Below, piece after piece: positions 20,269 through 29,899 of a DNA stretch of 60,448 bases. The stretch is taken from contig JAHQXB010000079.1 in NCBI GenBank assembly GCA_029856435.1, forward strand, positions 1 to 60,448, written 5' to 3'. Under the pieces are notes generated by a model. It had not been told where the DNA came from. It did not search any database and saw only the letters and a list, made by a program, of their open reading frames with translations. A program made the translations under genes and the position numbers. This DNA comes from Candidatus Jordarchaeia archaeon (GTDB lineage: Archaea > Asgardarchaeota > Jordiarchaeia > Jordiarchaeales > Jordiarchaeaceae). Positions within the stretch are counted from its first letter, which is position 1, and each line of letters begins with the position of its first letter.

Positions 20269-21219
20269 TTGTTTGTATTGCCCACGAAAAGTAGAATCAG
20301 AGAATTGCAAGAGGAAATATTGAAGCTTAAGAAAAATGAGAACGTGTTTATTGCGGCTCACAATTACCAGAGGCCTGAGATTCAGGAAATAGCGGACGTT
20401 CTTGGCGATAGTCTGGAATTGGCGATGCTTGCCCAAAAAAACATTGAATGTGACATTATCGTTTTTTGTGGCGTCGACTTTATGGCGGAGACCATGTCAA
20501 TTCTCAACCCAGACGCTCAAGTCTATGTTCCAGAACCAAAAGCCAAATGTCCCATGGCGACAATGTGCCCAAAAAGCATCGTCGAAAAGGCAAAAAAGGA
20601 ACATCCAGACCTACCAGTAGTATTATATGTTAATACTCTCGCAGAGGCAAAGGCAGAAGCCGATGTTATGTGCACATCTGCAAACGCGGCAAAAGTTGTA
20701 GAGGCCTTAGGCTCAGACAAGATCCTATTCGGGCCCGATGCAAACCTAGCAGCCTATGTGGAGAAGAGGACTGGAGTTAAGACTATTCCAGTACCAGAGG
20801 ATGGATACTGCATAGTACACGTAAGATTCACGGCAGATAAGATTCTCGAATTGAAGAATAAGTACCCCGACGCAATTGTACTTGTCCACCCAGAGTGCGA
20901 CATGGAAGTTCAAGAAGTAGCGGATGTAGTTGCATCCACAAGTCAAATGCTCAAATATGTTCAAGACTCAAAAGAAAAGAAATTCATCATCGGAACAGAA
21001 ACAGGACTGATAGACCGTATGAGAAGAGAAGTTAGTGAGAATAAGATATTTATTCCCGCATCAGAAACCGCTGTCTGCAGAAACATGAAACTGAACACTC
21101 TGGAAAAAATTCGAGATGTAATCATCAGTAAACCCCATAAGAACTTAATTAAGGTTCCAGAAAACATAGCAGAGAAAGCAAGAAACGCTCTTGAAAAAAT
21201 GTTTGAACTAACTAGGTAA
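20269..21219 (+). CDS. nadA: Quinolinate synthase A
   Basis: AHNYQRPEIQ, FCGVDFMAE, KCPMA, YVNT, CTSANA, HPEC and CRNMK. Confidence 0.95.
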   Translation: MFVLPTKSRIRELQEEILKLKKNENVFIAAHNYQRPEIQEIADVLGDSLELAMLAQKNIECDIIVFCGVDFMAETMSILNPDAQVYVPEPKAKCPMATMCPKSIVEKAKKEHPDLPVVLYVNTLAEAKAEADVMCTSANAAKVVEALGSDKILFGPDANLAAYVEKRTGVKTIPVPEDGYCIVHVRFTADKILELKNKYPDAIVLVHPECDMEVQEVADVVASTSQMLKYVQDSKEKKFIIGTETGLIDRMRREVSENKIFIPASETAVCRNMKLNTLEKIRDVIISKPHKNLIKVPENIAEKARNALEKMFELTR

Positions 21220-21408
21220 TTATTACCAAAAATGGTGCCAACGCCCATCTTATTCAAGGTAAAAATGAACTGCGAAGTGTTAAAATAAATAAGAGAGGGG
21301 AAAACTAATAGAGCTTGACACGGAAAAAACGCCCTTAAAAATTAGCTGACCAGACAGCGGTACCTCTATGCTCGAAGAAGGGGGGATAGTATGAAAGTTG
21401 TGGATATG

Positions 21409-21717
21409 TTATAAATTCGGGTAGTAAGAAAGCCCACCTCCACCATGAACTGCTGAGAGGAAAACCACATTATCTCCATCTTGTAATTTTGTATCTATCC
21501 CTTGAAGCAAATCTATATCTACCTTGTTTATTAGAATAATTATACCGGGATTCAGCTGACCTTCATTAACTGTGATGGCATTAAAAAGCTTCTCGTCAAC
21601 TTCACGTATTAAGTTGAGAAGTGAGCGAACAGTGGCCCCATTTTCAATAGTGAATAGCATTTTACTCTTTTTTGCTGCATATTTAAGAGAAGACAAAGCG
21701 TGTACAATCACCTTCAC
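21409..21717 (-). CDS. Urm1/SAMP-like ubiquitin-fold protein with a C-terminal extension
   Basis: IILINKVDIDLLQGIDTKLQDGDNVVFLSAVHGG followed by GGLSYYPNL-stop. Confidence 0.85.
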   Translation of the reverse strand: MKVIVHALSSLKYAAKKSKMLFTIENGATVRSLLNLIREVDEKLFNAITVNEGQLNPGIIILINKVDIDLLQGIDTKLQDGDNVVFLSAVHGGGGLSYYPNL

Positions 21718-22001
21718 GAGAAACCCACCTATGAAAAAAGTTTATTGAATTTTCAAATACGGTTCATGATATTTAAATTGATTTAAAATTAGTCGTTGTG
21801 AAAAAATTATGAAAGGATGATCAAAATAGGTGCGTTTCCTCATCGCTCGACAAGCTCAGTGCAGGTCAGTTTTCTCATCCAAATCCACTTATAAGCGAAC
21901 ACTCTTTTTAGTGTTTCTGTCAAGACTAACAAGCATACTTCGACGTGGATGCTGGTGTTAATAAACAAGGCAAAAACTAGTTTTAAGCCAACCTCCGTGT
22001 A

Positions 22002-23189
22002 TCACTGGTCTTTTATTTTGTTTCTAATTTTGCTTTTTAGCCAGTAAGGTATTGCTCGGACTAATATTTGAGAATAGGATTTTCTCCCCATTAAAAGGTC
22101 GCCTACTAGTTTCTGCATACCCCTATCTGACATAATTTCGGCTCCTACATTGGAGGACTGCCCCATTAAGAAGTAGTTTTGGAGCCAAACACCCCATTTC
22201 AATTCGCTTCCAATCTGTTTTTTCAATTTTTTCTGATAAACTGCCAAGTACTTTTCACTAAAATCAACTTTTTTGAAAGCTTTACCGATAACGTCTGCAG
22301 CTATTTTCCCACTAACCATAGAGTAATACATACCTTCTCCCGTGATGGGAGACACGGTACCAGCAGCATCACCCAAAAGTACAACTCTGTTCGAATAAAT
22401 TTTAGAATACAGACCTCCAAGTGGAACCAAGGCAGCATCAAAACGAACTATCTCTGCGCCTTCAAGCCTTCTTGAAGCTATGGGATGTTTCTTAACAAAT
22501 TTTTCAAGATAGATTTTTAGATTTCCCTCAACCTTGGAAAGAAGCGAACCCACACCAACAGCTAGATAGTCTCTCTTTGGGAAAATCCAAGCATAACCAA
22601 AAGGAGAAACACCACTACCATAGTAGAACTCGTTTATATTTCCAAACCTTTCATCTATTAGTTCGGGCTGCATGCTCATTAAGTACTGCACACAGAAACC
22701 CAGAGATTCCCGGCCCTCCATAGGGTTTAAAAAATTTTTAATTAAAGAGTTGACTCCGTCTGCTCCCACAACCATTTTCGTCTGGAATGTTTCAGATGTA
22801 ACCAGCTCCACATGGTTCTGTCGTACCTTTAACTTCTTAACACGCTCATTTGATCTTACCTCAGCACCAGCAGAAATCGCTTTTTGAGCCAGATATTTCC
22901 CCAGTTTGGTACGATGAACATTTCCTCCCACCCTCTCATTATATTTTATAGTAAACGATTCCTCTTCACGGTACATCACTCTAACTCCCCAAATCTCCCT
23001 CTCTATAATACTCTCATCCAAAGAAAATTCACGTATGGCTCTCTCTGTTAACATGCCACCGCAGGGTTTATCCTTATTCGGTTGGGCTCTCTCGTCCAAA
23101 ACAAGCACATCTAATCCCAGCGAAGCCAATTTTTCCGAACAAACAAGTCCAGAGGGACCCCCACCCACAATTATTACATCCCAATCCAT
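22002..23189 (-). CDS. Geranylgeranyl reductase-family flavoprotein
   Basis: GGGPSG, KPCGG, YAWIFPK and LGDAAG.VSP.TGEG. Confidence 0.9.
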   Translation of the reverse strand: MDWDVIIVGGGPSGLVCSEKLASLGLDVLVLDERAQPNKDKPCGGMLTERAIREFSLDESIIEREIWGVRVMYREEESFTIKYNERVGGNVHRTKLGKYLAQKAISAGAEVRSNERVKKLKVRQNHVELVTSETFQTKMVVGADGVNSLIKNFLNPMEGRESLGFCVQYLMSMQPELIDERFGNINEFYYGSGVSPFGYAWIFPKRDYLAVGVGSLLSKVEGNLKIYLEKFVKKHPIASRRLEGAEIVRFDAALVPLGGLYSKIYSNRVVLLGDAAGTVSPITGEGMYYSMVSGKIAADVIGKAFKKVDFSEKYLAVYQKKLKKQIGSELKWGVWLQNYFLMGQSSNVGAEIMSDRGMQKLVGDLLMGRKSYSQILVRAIPYWLKSKIRNKIKDQ

Positions 23190-23214
23190 TTACAACACCT
23201 CAAAAGGCACTCAC

Positions 23215-24009
23215 TCAAACAATATCTCCAAAGCTTACAATAGCGCTCAGAGCAATTTTAATGGCGTCGTCTAGTCCCTGTAATAGTTCTGATGCATACT
23301 TTACGGCATAAAGTAAACTCTCTTCGGTTCCCGGCTTATCACTTACAACCATTATTGCAGCAGTCCTCATTTTGTAAATTTTTCCTAAAGTAAAAATAGC
23401 TGAGCTTTCCATATCTATTCCAATAGAGCCTTTTTTAACCGCCTTCTTGTATAATTCAGGTGTCTCCCTAAATAGAGCATCCGTAGTCCAAACTGAACCT
23501 ACATAAATTTTCCTATCAAAATCCTTGGATTTTTGGATGAGTAAATTTGTTAAATGGGAATCGGCTTCTACTTTCTCTCCTTCCATATAGTGTCTGGTAG
23601 TGCCGTCCCCTTTGAAGGCAGAATTCGCTATGACGATATCCCCAATGCGTAGATATTCCATTAGTCCTCCTACAAAATCTACTCTTACGGCGATTTTGAC
23701 CTTAGCCCTATGTAATGCCTCCATAACAATAGCCGCAGAGGGACATCCGATTCCAGTTGGAACTACGGACACATCCAAGGAATCTATTTTTCCCAGATGT
23801 GTTTGGCCCTTGACCTCGGGTTTCTTTATAAAACTCAGTATTCTGCTGGTGCAAGTCGGGACTGCTGGAAGCAACACTCTTTTTGCAATGGCGTTGGGCC
23901 CGCAACCAAGCAACATGTTTACAATTAAGGAATCCTCAGGCAAAAACCTCATCCCTATTGATTTGGGCAAAACTTCGATGCCATATTTTAACTTCCTTTT
24001 AAGATCCAT
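23215..24009 (-). CDS. Nucleoside phosphorylase (PNP/UDP family)
   Basis: TGIGCPSAAI, GDIVIA.SA..GDGT, WTTDALFRET and IDMESS. Start moved to MDLKRK. Confidence 0.85.
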   Translation of the reverse strand: MDLKRKLKYGIEVLPKSIGMRFLPEDSLIVNMLLGCGPNAIAKRVLLPAVPTCTSRILSFIKKPEVKGQTHLGKIDSLDVSVVPTGIGCPSAAIVMEALHRAKVKIAVRVDFVGGLMEYLRIGDIVIANSAFKGDGTTRHYMEGEKVEADSHLTNLLIQKSKDFDRKIYVGSVWTTDALFRETPELYKKAVKKGSIGIDMESSAIFTLGKIYKMRTAAIMVVSDKPGTEESLLYAVKYASELLQGLDDAIKIALSAIVSFGDIV

Positions 24010-24342
24010 GTTTATAATATACTTATCTATTAAAAGATATCTTTTACTAAATACCAAGAAAAACTAATCTAAACACCGAGGGAAAGGGTAACGGTGTTCA
24101 ACCAGTAGTTTGAAAAAATAAAAAGGGGATTGTATGTATTCGGCTTGCGGAAGCAGATCTGGCTTTTTATGGCTCCTTTTTTCAGAAAGGTACTGTTTTG
24201 GCTATTTTACTTCCGGGTGGATTTCAGCTAATGATTCACGCCAATTCTTTCCTTTAAGCAGACTGAGTCCTATTATTTGTTCCCTAGTCGTAACAGCTAG
24301 GTGTGAATTGGGTTTCTTATTGCATTTCAGTTTTGAGATTTC

Positions 24343-25191
24343 CTATAGCAGAAGGAGTAGCCAACCTAATTCTTCCCAGTAGTTAAATGCCAGAAATTGG
24401 GTTAACAGGCGTTTGGCTTCCGAGGGGGGTGGCCAGCGGCCCACAAATGTAGCGTAAACTGGGTCGGTTGCCAGCCCGTAGATAAGTAAACCAGCAAGGA
24501 GCAAAATTACAGAAATAACCACGAATAGAGTGAACGGTGACTCCTTTAATGAGGCTCCACCTTTGGAAGCCAAAAGGAAAACGCCGAATACGCCTATTGA
24601 GAGCACAATTGATTGAGGCACAAATTGTCCTTCTGTGACCGCCTGAACAACGAGGAAGCCGGCAACTCCACCCGAGATAATAATCGCAACGTAGTCAGCT
24701 CTTCCTAGGGACTTATGCTCATCCATCCAGAGCTCTAGAATCATACCGGAGACGAGTAATAGTAAGAAACCTGTGTAAACTAATTGGTGGCCAAGCATCT
24801 CATCAAAATAGTATATTTTGGAGTAAATGGTCCAGAAGTATATCTGCGCCGTCGGGTTGCTCAATGGAAATGTTAGGGAGGCTAAATGGATAAAGGGTAG
24901 ACTTTCTGCCATAAGCACTTCAATATTGTTGGCAGTGAAGTGCATACCATGCCCTTCGAAGAATATGAAAAAGGATAGTACCATAAATGTTTGAAGCAGG
25001 AACATTTTCTTACTAGAAAATTTGTTTTTTTCGACGACGATGAATTTGTAGAAAATCATGGCGAAAAGGGCGACGAAGGGAGCTTGTACAACTATATCCC
25101 AGAACTCACCTAGCGGAATTATTTCTGGTAGGGCGTAAACCAAGAAAAAAAGAAACATAAACGCCAAGATTATTTTTGCCAACTTATCCAC
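24343..25191 (-). CDS. Polytopic membrane protein, CLN6-like
   Basis: About 7 hydrophobic segments with FEGHGMHFTANN, YYFDEMLGH and VTEGQF motifs resembling CLN6 motifs as I recall them. Confidence 0.6.
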   Translation of the reverse strand: MDKLAKIILAFMFLFFLVYALPEIIPLGEFWDIVVQAPFVALFAMIFYKFIVVEKNKFSSKKMFLLQTFMVLSFFIFFEGHGMHFTANNIEVLMAESLPFIHLASLTFPLSNPTAQIYFWTIYSKIYYFDEMLGHQLVYTGFLLLLVSGMILELWMDEHKSLGRADYVAIIISGGVAGFLVVQAVTEGQFVPQSIVLSIGVFGVFLLASKGGASLKESPFTLFVVISVILLLAGLLIYGLATDPVYATFVGRWPPPSEAKRLLTQFLAFNYWEELGWLLLLL

Positions 25192-25600
25192 ATCTAGTCC
25201 TCCTTTAAATAACCTCTTTTTAGTAATGTTTTATAGGGCGATGTAAAATGTAATAAAAGTTACGCCGATTTAGTCAACTAAAAGCTATAAAATTTCTAGG
25301 TACCAAGTGTTCTAAAAAATCTGATAAAATAAGTTAGGGTGAAAGTAGACACTTGCGTAGAAGGATTTTAAAATTTGAAGCGGTTTGCAAATTTACACAA
25401 AATGCACAAGATTCGGTTCATTACACTCTTGCATAAAAAGTCAGTTAGACCTACAAAACGGGGTTTCCAATAGGCGTAGTGTTTTGCGCTAAATTTATTA
25501 AACTATTAGATTGATTGGTTTTCACGATTAGCCTAATGTCGCCCAACGCCTCAGAAACATACGCTTACCCATTAGAAAAAAGCGCGACTGGTGCTGTGAG

Positions 25601-25789
25601 ATGAGTAAAAAAATAGAGCTAAACGAGGAACAAGAACTCCTCGTAAAAGAAGTAATGGAAGAATTGGGCCTAAAAGGCGGAAAGGACAAGAGACTAGTCT
25701 CCATAATTGGTAAAAGAACAAACTTTGACAAGCGGAAGATGATAGTAGCCCTAAAACGAGCAATAATTGGAAGACCCGCCAATGAGTAG
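25601..25789 (+). CDS. Small basic hypothetical protein
   Basis: 62-aa ATG ORF, A-rich like neighbouring genes, ending 32 bp before hdrA. Confidence 0.55.
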   Translation: MSKKIELNEEQELLVKEVMEELGLKGGKDKRLVSIIGKRTNFDKRKMIVALKRAIIGRPANE

Positions 25790-25821
25790 ACTGATCCTAT
25801 AAAGGAGGTGTTCAACAAAGA

Positions 25822-27774
25822 ATGAGTAATGATGAAAAAAAAGCATCGGAACCAGCTATCGGTGTCTACGTTTGCGAGTGAGGTATTAACATAGGAAGCG
25901 TCGTTAACTGCAATGAAGTAGCAGAGTTCGCCAGCAAACTTCCTAACGTAAAAACAGCGAAAACTTATTCGTTTTTCTGTTCAGATCCTGGGCAGAACAT
26001 AATAAAGAAGGACATTGAGACTCTTGGAATAAATAGGGTGGTGGTAGCCTCCTGTACACCCAAGATACACGAGCCAACGTACAGAGCATTGCTGGAAAGC
26101 GCCGGACTCAGCCCCTACTATTTCCAGATGGTTAACCTTAGAGAACAATGCTCTTGGGTGCATTTCACCAATCCTGAGGAAGCTACAAGGAAAGCAAAAG
26201 ACTTAGTTGCTGCCGGGGTAGCTAGAGCACGACTACTCGAGGATGTTCCACAAAGGAAAGTGAAGGTTGAACCAGCTGTTATGGTGGTTGGAGGCGGAAT
26301 AGCCGGAATAAGCGCAGCACTAACTATCGCAAATCATGGAATCAAGGTGTACCTTGTTGAAAAAAAACCAACCATAGGAGGACTTGCAGCCCAGCTTGAT
26401 AGAACCTTTGCTACAGATGACTGTGCAATATGAATACTGGCTCCGAAAATGGTGGAAGTCGCCAAACACCCCAACGTAGAACTATACACCTACACTGATA
26501 TAAAAAGAGTTTCTGGAAGCCCAGGAGAGTTCTTAGTCACATTGCTTAAAAAGCCAAGATATGTAGATGAAGCCAAGTGTACGGGGTGCGGCTCGTGCGC
26601 CGAAAAGTGCCCTGTTGAAGTGCCCGACGAATTTAACTTTGGACTGGGAACCCGAAAGGCGATTTACATCCCCTTCTCACAGGCGGTGCCTAAAATTGCC
26701 TTAATATCCATGGAGGATTGTATTCAGTGCAAATCTTGCGAGCGCCAGTGTCTCGCAGGTGCAATCAAATATGACCAGCAACCCGAGGAAATTGAGATTA
26801 AAGTTGGAGCCATAATATTAGCTACGGGTACAGAAATATACGATGTGGCAAAGTATGGCGACTATGGATACGGCATCTATGAGGATGTAATCACTCAAGC
26901 TGAACTTGAGCGAATGCTAAGCCCCACCGGACCCACAGGGGGAAGAGTGCTCAGAGTTTCCAATAGAAAAACACCTAAACGTATAGTTATGATTCAATGC
27001 GTTGGATCTAGGGACATAAGAAGAAATCCTTACTGCTCAGAAGTCTGTTGCATGGTGGCCTTAAAAAACGCTAAGCTTATAAAACAGGAACACCCCGAAG
27101 CCGAGGTAACAATATGGTACATAGATATACGAGCAGTGGACGAAGGACACGAAGAATATTACAGAAGAGTTCGAGAGAGCGGAATTAATTTCATCAGAGG
27201 AATGCCAGAGGTTACGTTCAACGGTAAAAGCCTATTAGTTGAAGGCGAAAACACCCTTACCAACGAGTTTGTGAGTATGGAAACAGATCTTGTGGTTCTC
27301 TCCGCAGCCATAGTTCCTTCGCCATCAGGAATAGAAATCGGTCAGATGTTGGGTCTTGACAAGGCTCCTAGTGGCTTCCTCAAACCTCTACATACTGGGC
27401 TTAGTCCCCAAGAGACAAAAACCCGCGCAGTATTCGTCTGTGGTACAGCACAAGGTCCCAAGGATATATCCTACTCGGTATCCTCGGCAAGAGCCGCGGC
27501 CTCAGCTGCAACAGCTTGGTGCCTAGCTGGTGAGGCCAGCCTCGAATTAATAACACCAGTAATCATAGAGGAACTATGTGTTGGCTGTAAAAGATGTGAA
27601 AGAAACTGTCCTTTCGGAGCCATAAAGGTTGTCGACGGCGTTGCGAAAGTGGATGAGGCTAGTTGTAAAGGTTGTGGAATCTGTGTTGCTTCTTGTCCTG
27701 CGCATGCACTAGATCTTAGATATTACCGCGATAAACAGATAAGGGAAGAGGTAGCAGCGTTGGTGAAAACTTAG
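25822..27774 (+). CDS. hdrA: Heterodisulfide reductase subunit A, selenoprotein (Sec20, Sec204; 650 aa)
   Basis: One continuous frame from ATG 25822 (AGGAGGTG RBS). TGA at 25879 reads GVYVCE-U-GINI and TGA at 26431 reads DDCAI-U-ILAPK, both at conserved HdrA Cys positions. FAD motif GGGIAG, QCVGSRD and ferredoxin motifs are intact. Confidence 0.9.
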
Positions 27775-27782
27775 AATCCTTA

Positions 27783-27839
27783 TGCTTAATGATTCCACCA
27801 GCGAAAGCCTTGACTGGTGGATGAAGGCTCTGGTAAGCA
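27783..27839 (+). promoter_or_regulatory. SECIS-like element for hdrA
   Basis: ATGA(27789)-T-TCCACCAG-CGAAAGCCTTGA-CTGGTGGA-TGAA: a perfect 8-bp stem closed by an AUGA/UGA core, with outer stem TGCTTA/TAAGCA, starting 9 bp after the stop. Confidence 0.75.
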
Positions 27840-27895
27840 ACCAGGAGGATTAAAAAATTATAATTAAAAAAGGAGTGTGTGTTGGAGGAAAATAG

Positions 27896-28303
27896 TTGAC
27901 CTATCAAGTTGTTGTGTATGCATGCTGGAAATGAGGTTATGGAGTAGCCGACCTCACAGGTGTTTCCAGAGTAGCCTACGACCCTGCCCTTAGAATCGTG
28001 CGTTTAAGGTGTACGGGACGATTGGACAGTTCATTGTTGCTGGAGCCGATTTGTAATGGTGCAGACGGCGTTATGGTGGTGGGATGACACATAGGCGAGT
28101 GCGACTTTGAACAGGGAAACATTATGGCGGAGAAACATGTAAACTTTGTTAAAAGAATCCTTGAAAGACGGGGAATCGGAGGAGACCGAGTAAATATGTA
28201 TCATTGTTCAGCAGCTGAGGTCGGACGATTCAAAGAATCCGTTGAGGATATGATGAGTAAAATCAGAAAACTGGGGCCTAATCCCTTACGGCAAGAAAAA
28301 TAG
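27896..28303 (+). CDS. mvhD: MvhD/VhuD hydrogenase Fe-S subunit, selenoprotein (Sec13, Sec64; 135 aa)
   Basis: Not in the ORF track. From TTG 27896 (GGAGGA RBS): YACWK-U-GYGVADLTG..RCTGR..GADGVMVVG-U-HIGECDF..CSAAE..LGPNPL, with TGA at 27932 and 28085. Confidence 0.9.
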
Positions 28304-28307
28304 TTAC

Positions 28308-28388
28308 GGTTACTCTCTGGATGATCCTGAATCGGTAAATTTCTGAGGGTCCAGGTGACATTCCTCGTAAGCGGAGGATTGAGTAACC
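28308..28388 (+). promoter_or_regulatory. SECIS-like element for mvhD
   Basis: ATGA(28321)-T-CCTGAATC-GGTAAATTTCTGA-GGGTCCAGG-TGAC, with a perfect outer stem GGTTACTC/GAGTAACC, starting 5 bp after the stop. Confidence 0.65.
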
Positions 28389-28420
28389 TCTAGCAGATAT
28401 CTTGAGTGGAGGTCACATAG

Positions 28421-29854
28421 TTGGTAAATAAACTAGAGTTGGACTCTACGTTAGAGGCATTGAGGAGTTTTAGGGTTCGTGCCTTGTTCGGAGGAGAAAA
28501 AGAGATCATCGAGTGTGGAAAAATAACCCGTGAAGAATGGGAAAAACTCTTAGATTTCGTCGTGGACGATGAAACTGAGCGGAGGAAAGTTCTGTTAACT
28601 GTTAAGAAATTAGGCGGTGCATCGCTGCCTCAACTGGAAAAAGAGCTAGGAATGTCTAATTTTAGTATTCAAAAACATCTTCGGCTCTTGGAGTACGAAG
28701 GTTTAGTTGAGAAAAGCTCTGAGAGTGGTTCAGAAGCAGTTTATAAGCCTATTTTAAAAGAACCTTCAAGACCTCCTTTTGAAAAAATTAAATTTATTGT
28801 GGATGAGAAGCTCTGCGTGGACTGCGGAGCCTGCGTAAGTTATTGCCCAACAAACGCGATAACTATTGTTGATGAAGCCCCAGTAATTGATGAGGACAAA
28901 TGCATTGGGTGTGGTATTTGTAACAGTGTGGCTTGCCCCAGAACCTTCCTTTACCTAGATGTTTTGAGGCATTATGTAAAGGGTGAGCCTTGTAAACTTG
29001 ATCAGGAACCAATAGCGGGATATAAGAGCGCCCTTGCGGCGCAAACTATGAAGGAGGAAATAAGAAAAGTTTGCCAGGATGGAGGCATAGTAACATCAAT
29101 ATTGACCTATCTTTTTGATCACAACTTGATAGATGGGGCCCTAGTTGTTAAAAAGAGGGGGGAGAACTGGGCATCTGAGCCAGTAGTGGTGACTAATAAG
29201 GGGGAACTGCTTGAAACAGCGGGTACCAAGTATGTGGTTACTCCCACGCTGGTAGGATTGGAAAAGGCCAAAAAGATGGGGCTTAAAAAAATTGCTGTGG
29301 TGGGAACCCCTTGCCAGGTTCAAGCAGTAAGAAAGGCGCAGGTCTTTTCAAGTGCCTTCCAAGAAATTATGGGAAACATAGTGCTCATAATAGGGATATT
29401 CTGTATGGAAAATTTCTCCTACCAGAATATGAAAAAAATTGTTGAAGAATACTGCAAGGTGAATTTAGAAAACGCACGTAAAATGGACATCAACAAAGGC
29501 CAGTTCTCAGTACACATCAAAAGTGGCGAAAGATCTTCCGTACCAATCAAGGATATAACAGGTTTGGCAAGAACTGCTTGCCATGTGTGTCCAGACCTCA
29601 CCAATGAACTTGCAGACATCGCGGTGGGCTCTATAGGATCACCACCAAGTTGGTCAACTGTACTTATTAGAACAGAGAAAGGCGAAGAAATTTTCCAGAA
29701 AGCCCAGGAAGAGGGTTACTTGACCTCAAAACCGCTGGAGGAATCTGAAACGGGACTTCTACTGCTTATAAAACTTGCGAGAGGAAAAAGAAAGAGAAAC
29801 CTTGAGAAACTGGAATCCAAAAGAACAGAAGGAAAATATGCTACCCACTTCTAA
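28421..29854 (+). CDS. FrhB/FdhB-like F420-dependent oxidoreductase beta subunit with an N-terminal wHTH and 2x[4Fe-4S]
   Basis: HTH-like SLPQLEKELGMSNFSIQKHL..LEYEGLV; CVDCGACVSYCP and CIGCGICNSVACP; QDGGIVT, GTKY, GTPCQ, GIFCMENF and CHVCPD..ADI.VGS.GSP. Confidence 0.85.
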   Translation: MVNKLELDSTLEALRSFRVRALFGGEKEIIECGKITREEWEKLLDFVVDDETERRKVLLTVKKLGGASLPQLEKELGMSNFSIQKHLRLLEYEGLVEKSSESGSEAVYKPILKEPSRPPFEKIKFIVDEKLCVDCGACVSYCPTNAITIVDEAPVIDEDKCIGCGICNSVACPRTFLYLDVLRHYVKGEPCKLDQEPIAGYKSALAAQTMKEEIRKVCQDGGIVTSILTYLFDHNLIDGALVVKKRGENWASEPVVVTNKGELLETAGTKYVVTPTLVGLEKAKKMGLKKIAVVGTPCQVQAVRKAQVFSSAFQEIMGNIVLIIGIFCMENFSYQNMKKIVEEYCKVNLENARKMDINKGQFSVHIKSGERSSVPIKDITGLARTACHVCPDLTNELADIAVGSIGSPPSWSTVLIRTEKGEEIFQKAQEEGYLTSKPLEESETGLLLLIKLARGKRKRNLEKLESKRTEGKYATHF

Positions 29855-29899
29855 ATTTACAGCTTCTTTATTTGAAAATTTGATCAATACTCCTAGTGT

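Noticed and set aside
25822-28303. hdrA and mvhD as pseudogenes or split genes
   Set aside because: All four stops are TGA, in frame, at conserved Cys positions with SECIS-like hairpins downstream, which fits Sec recoding better.
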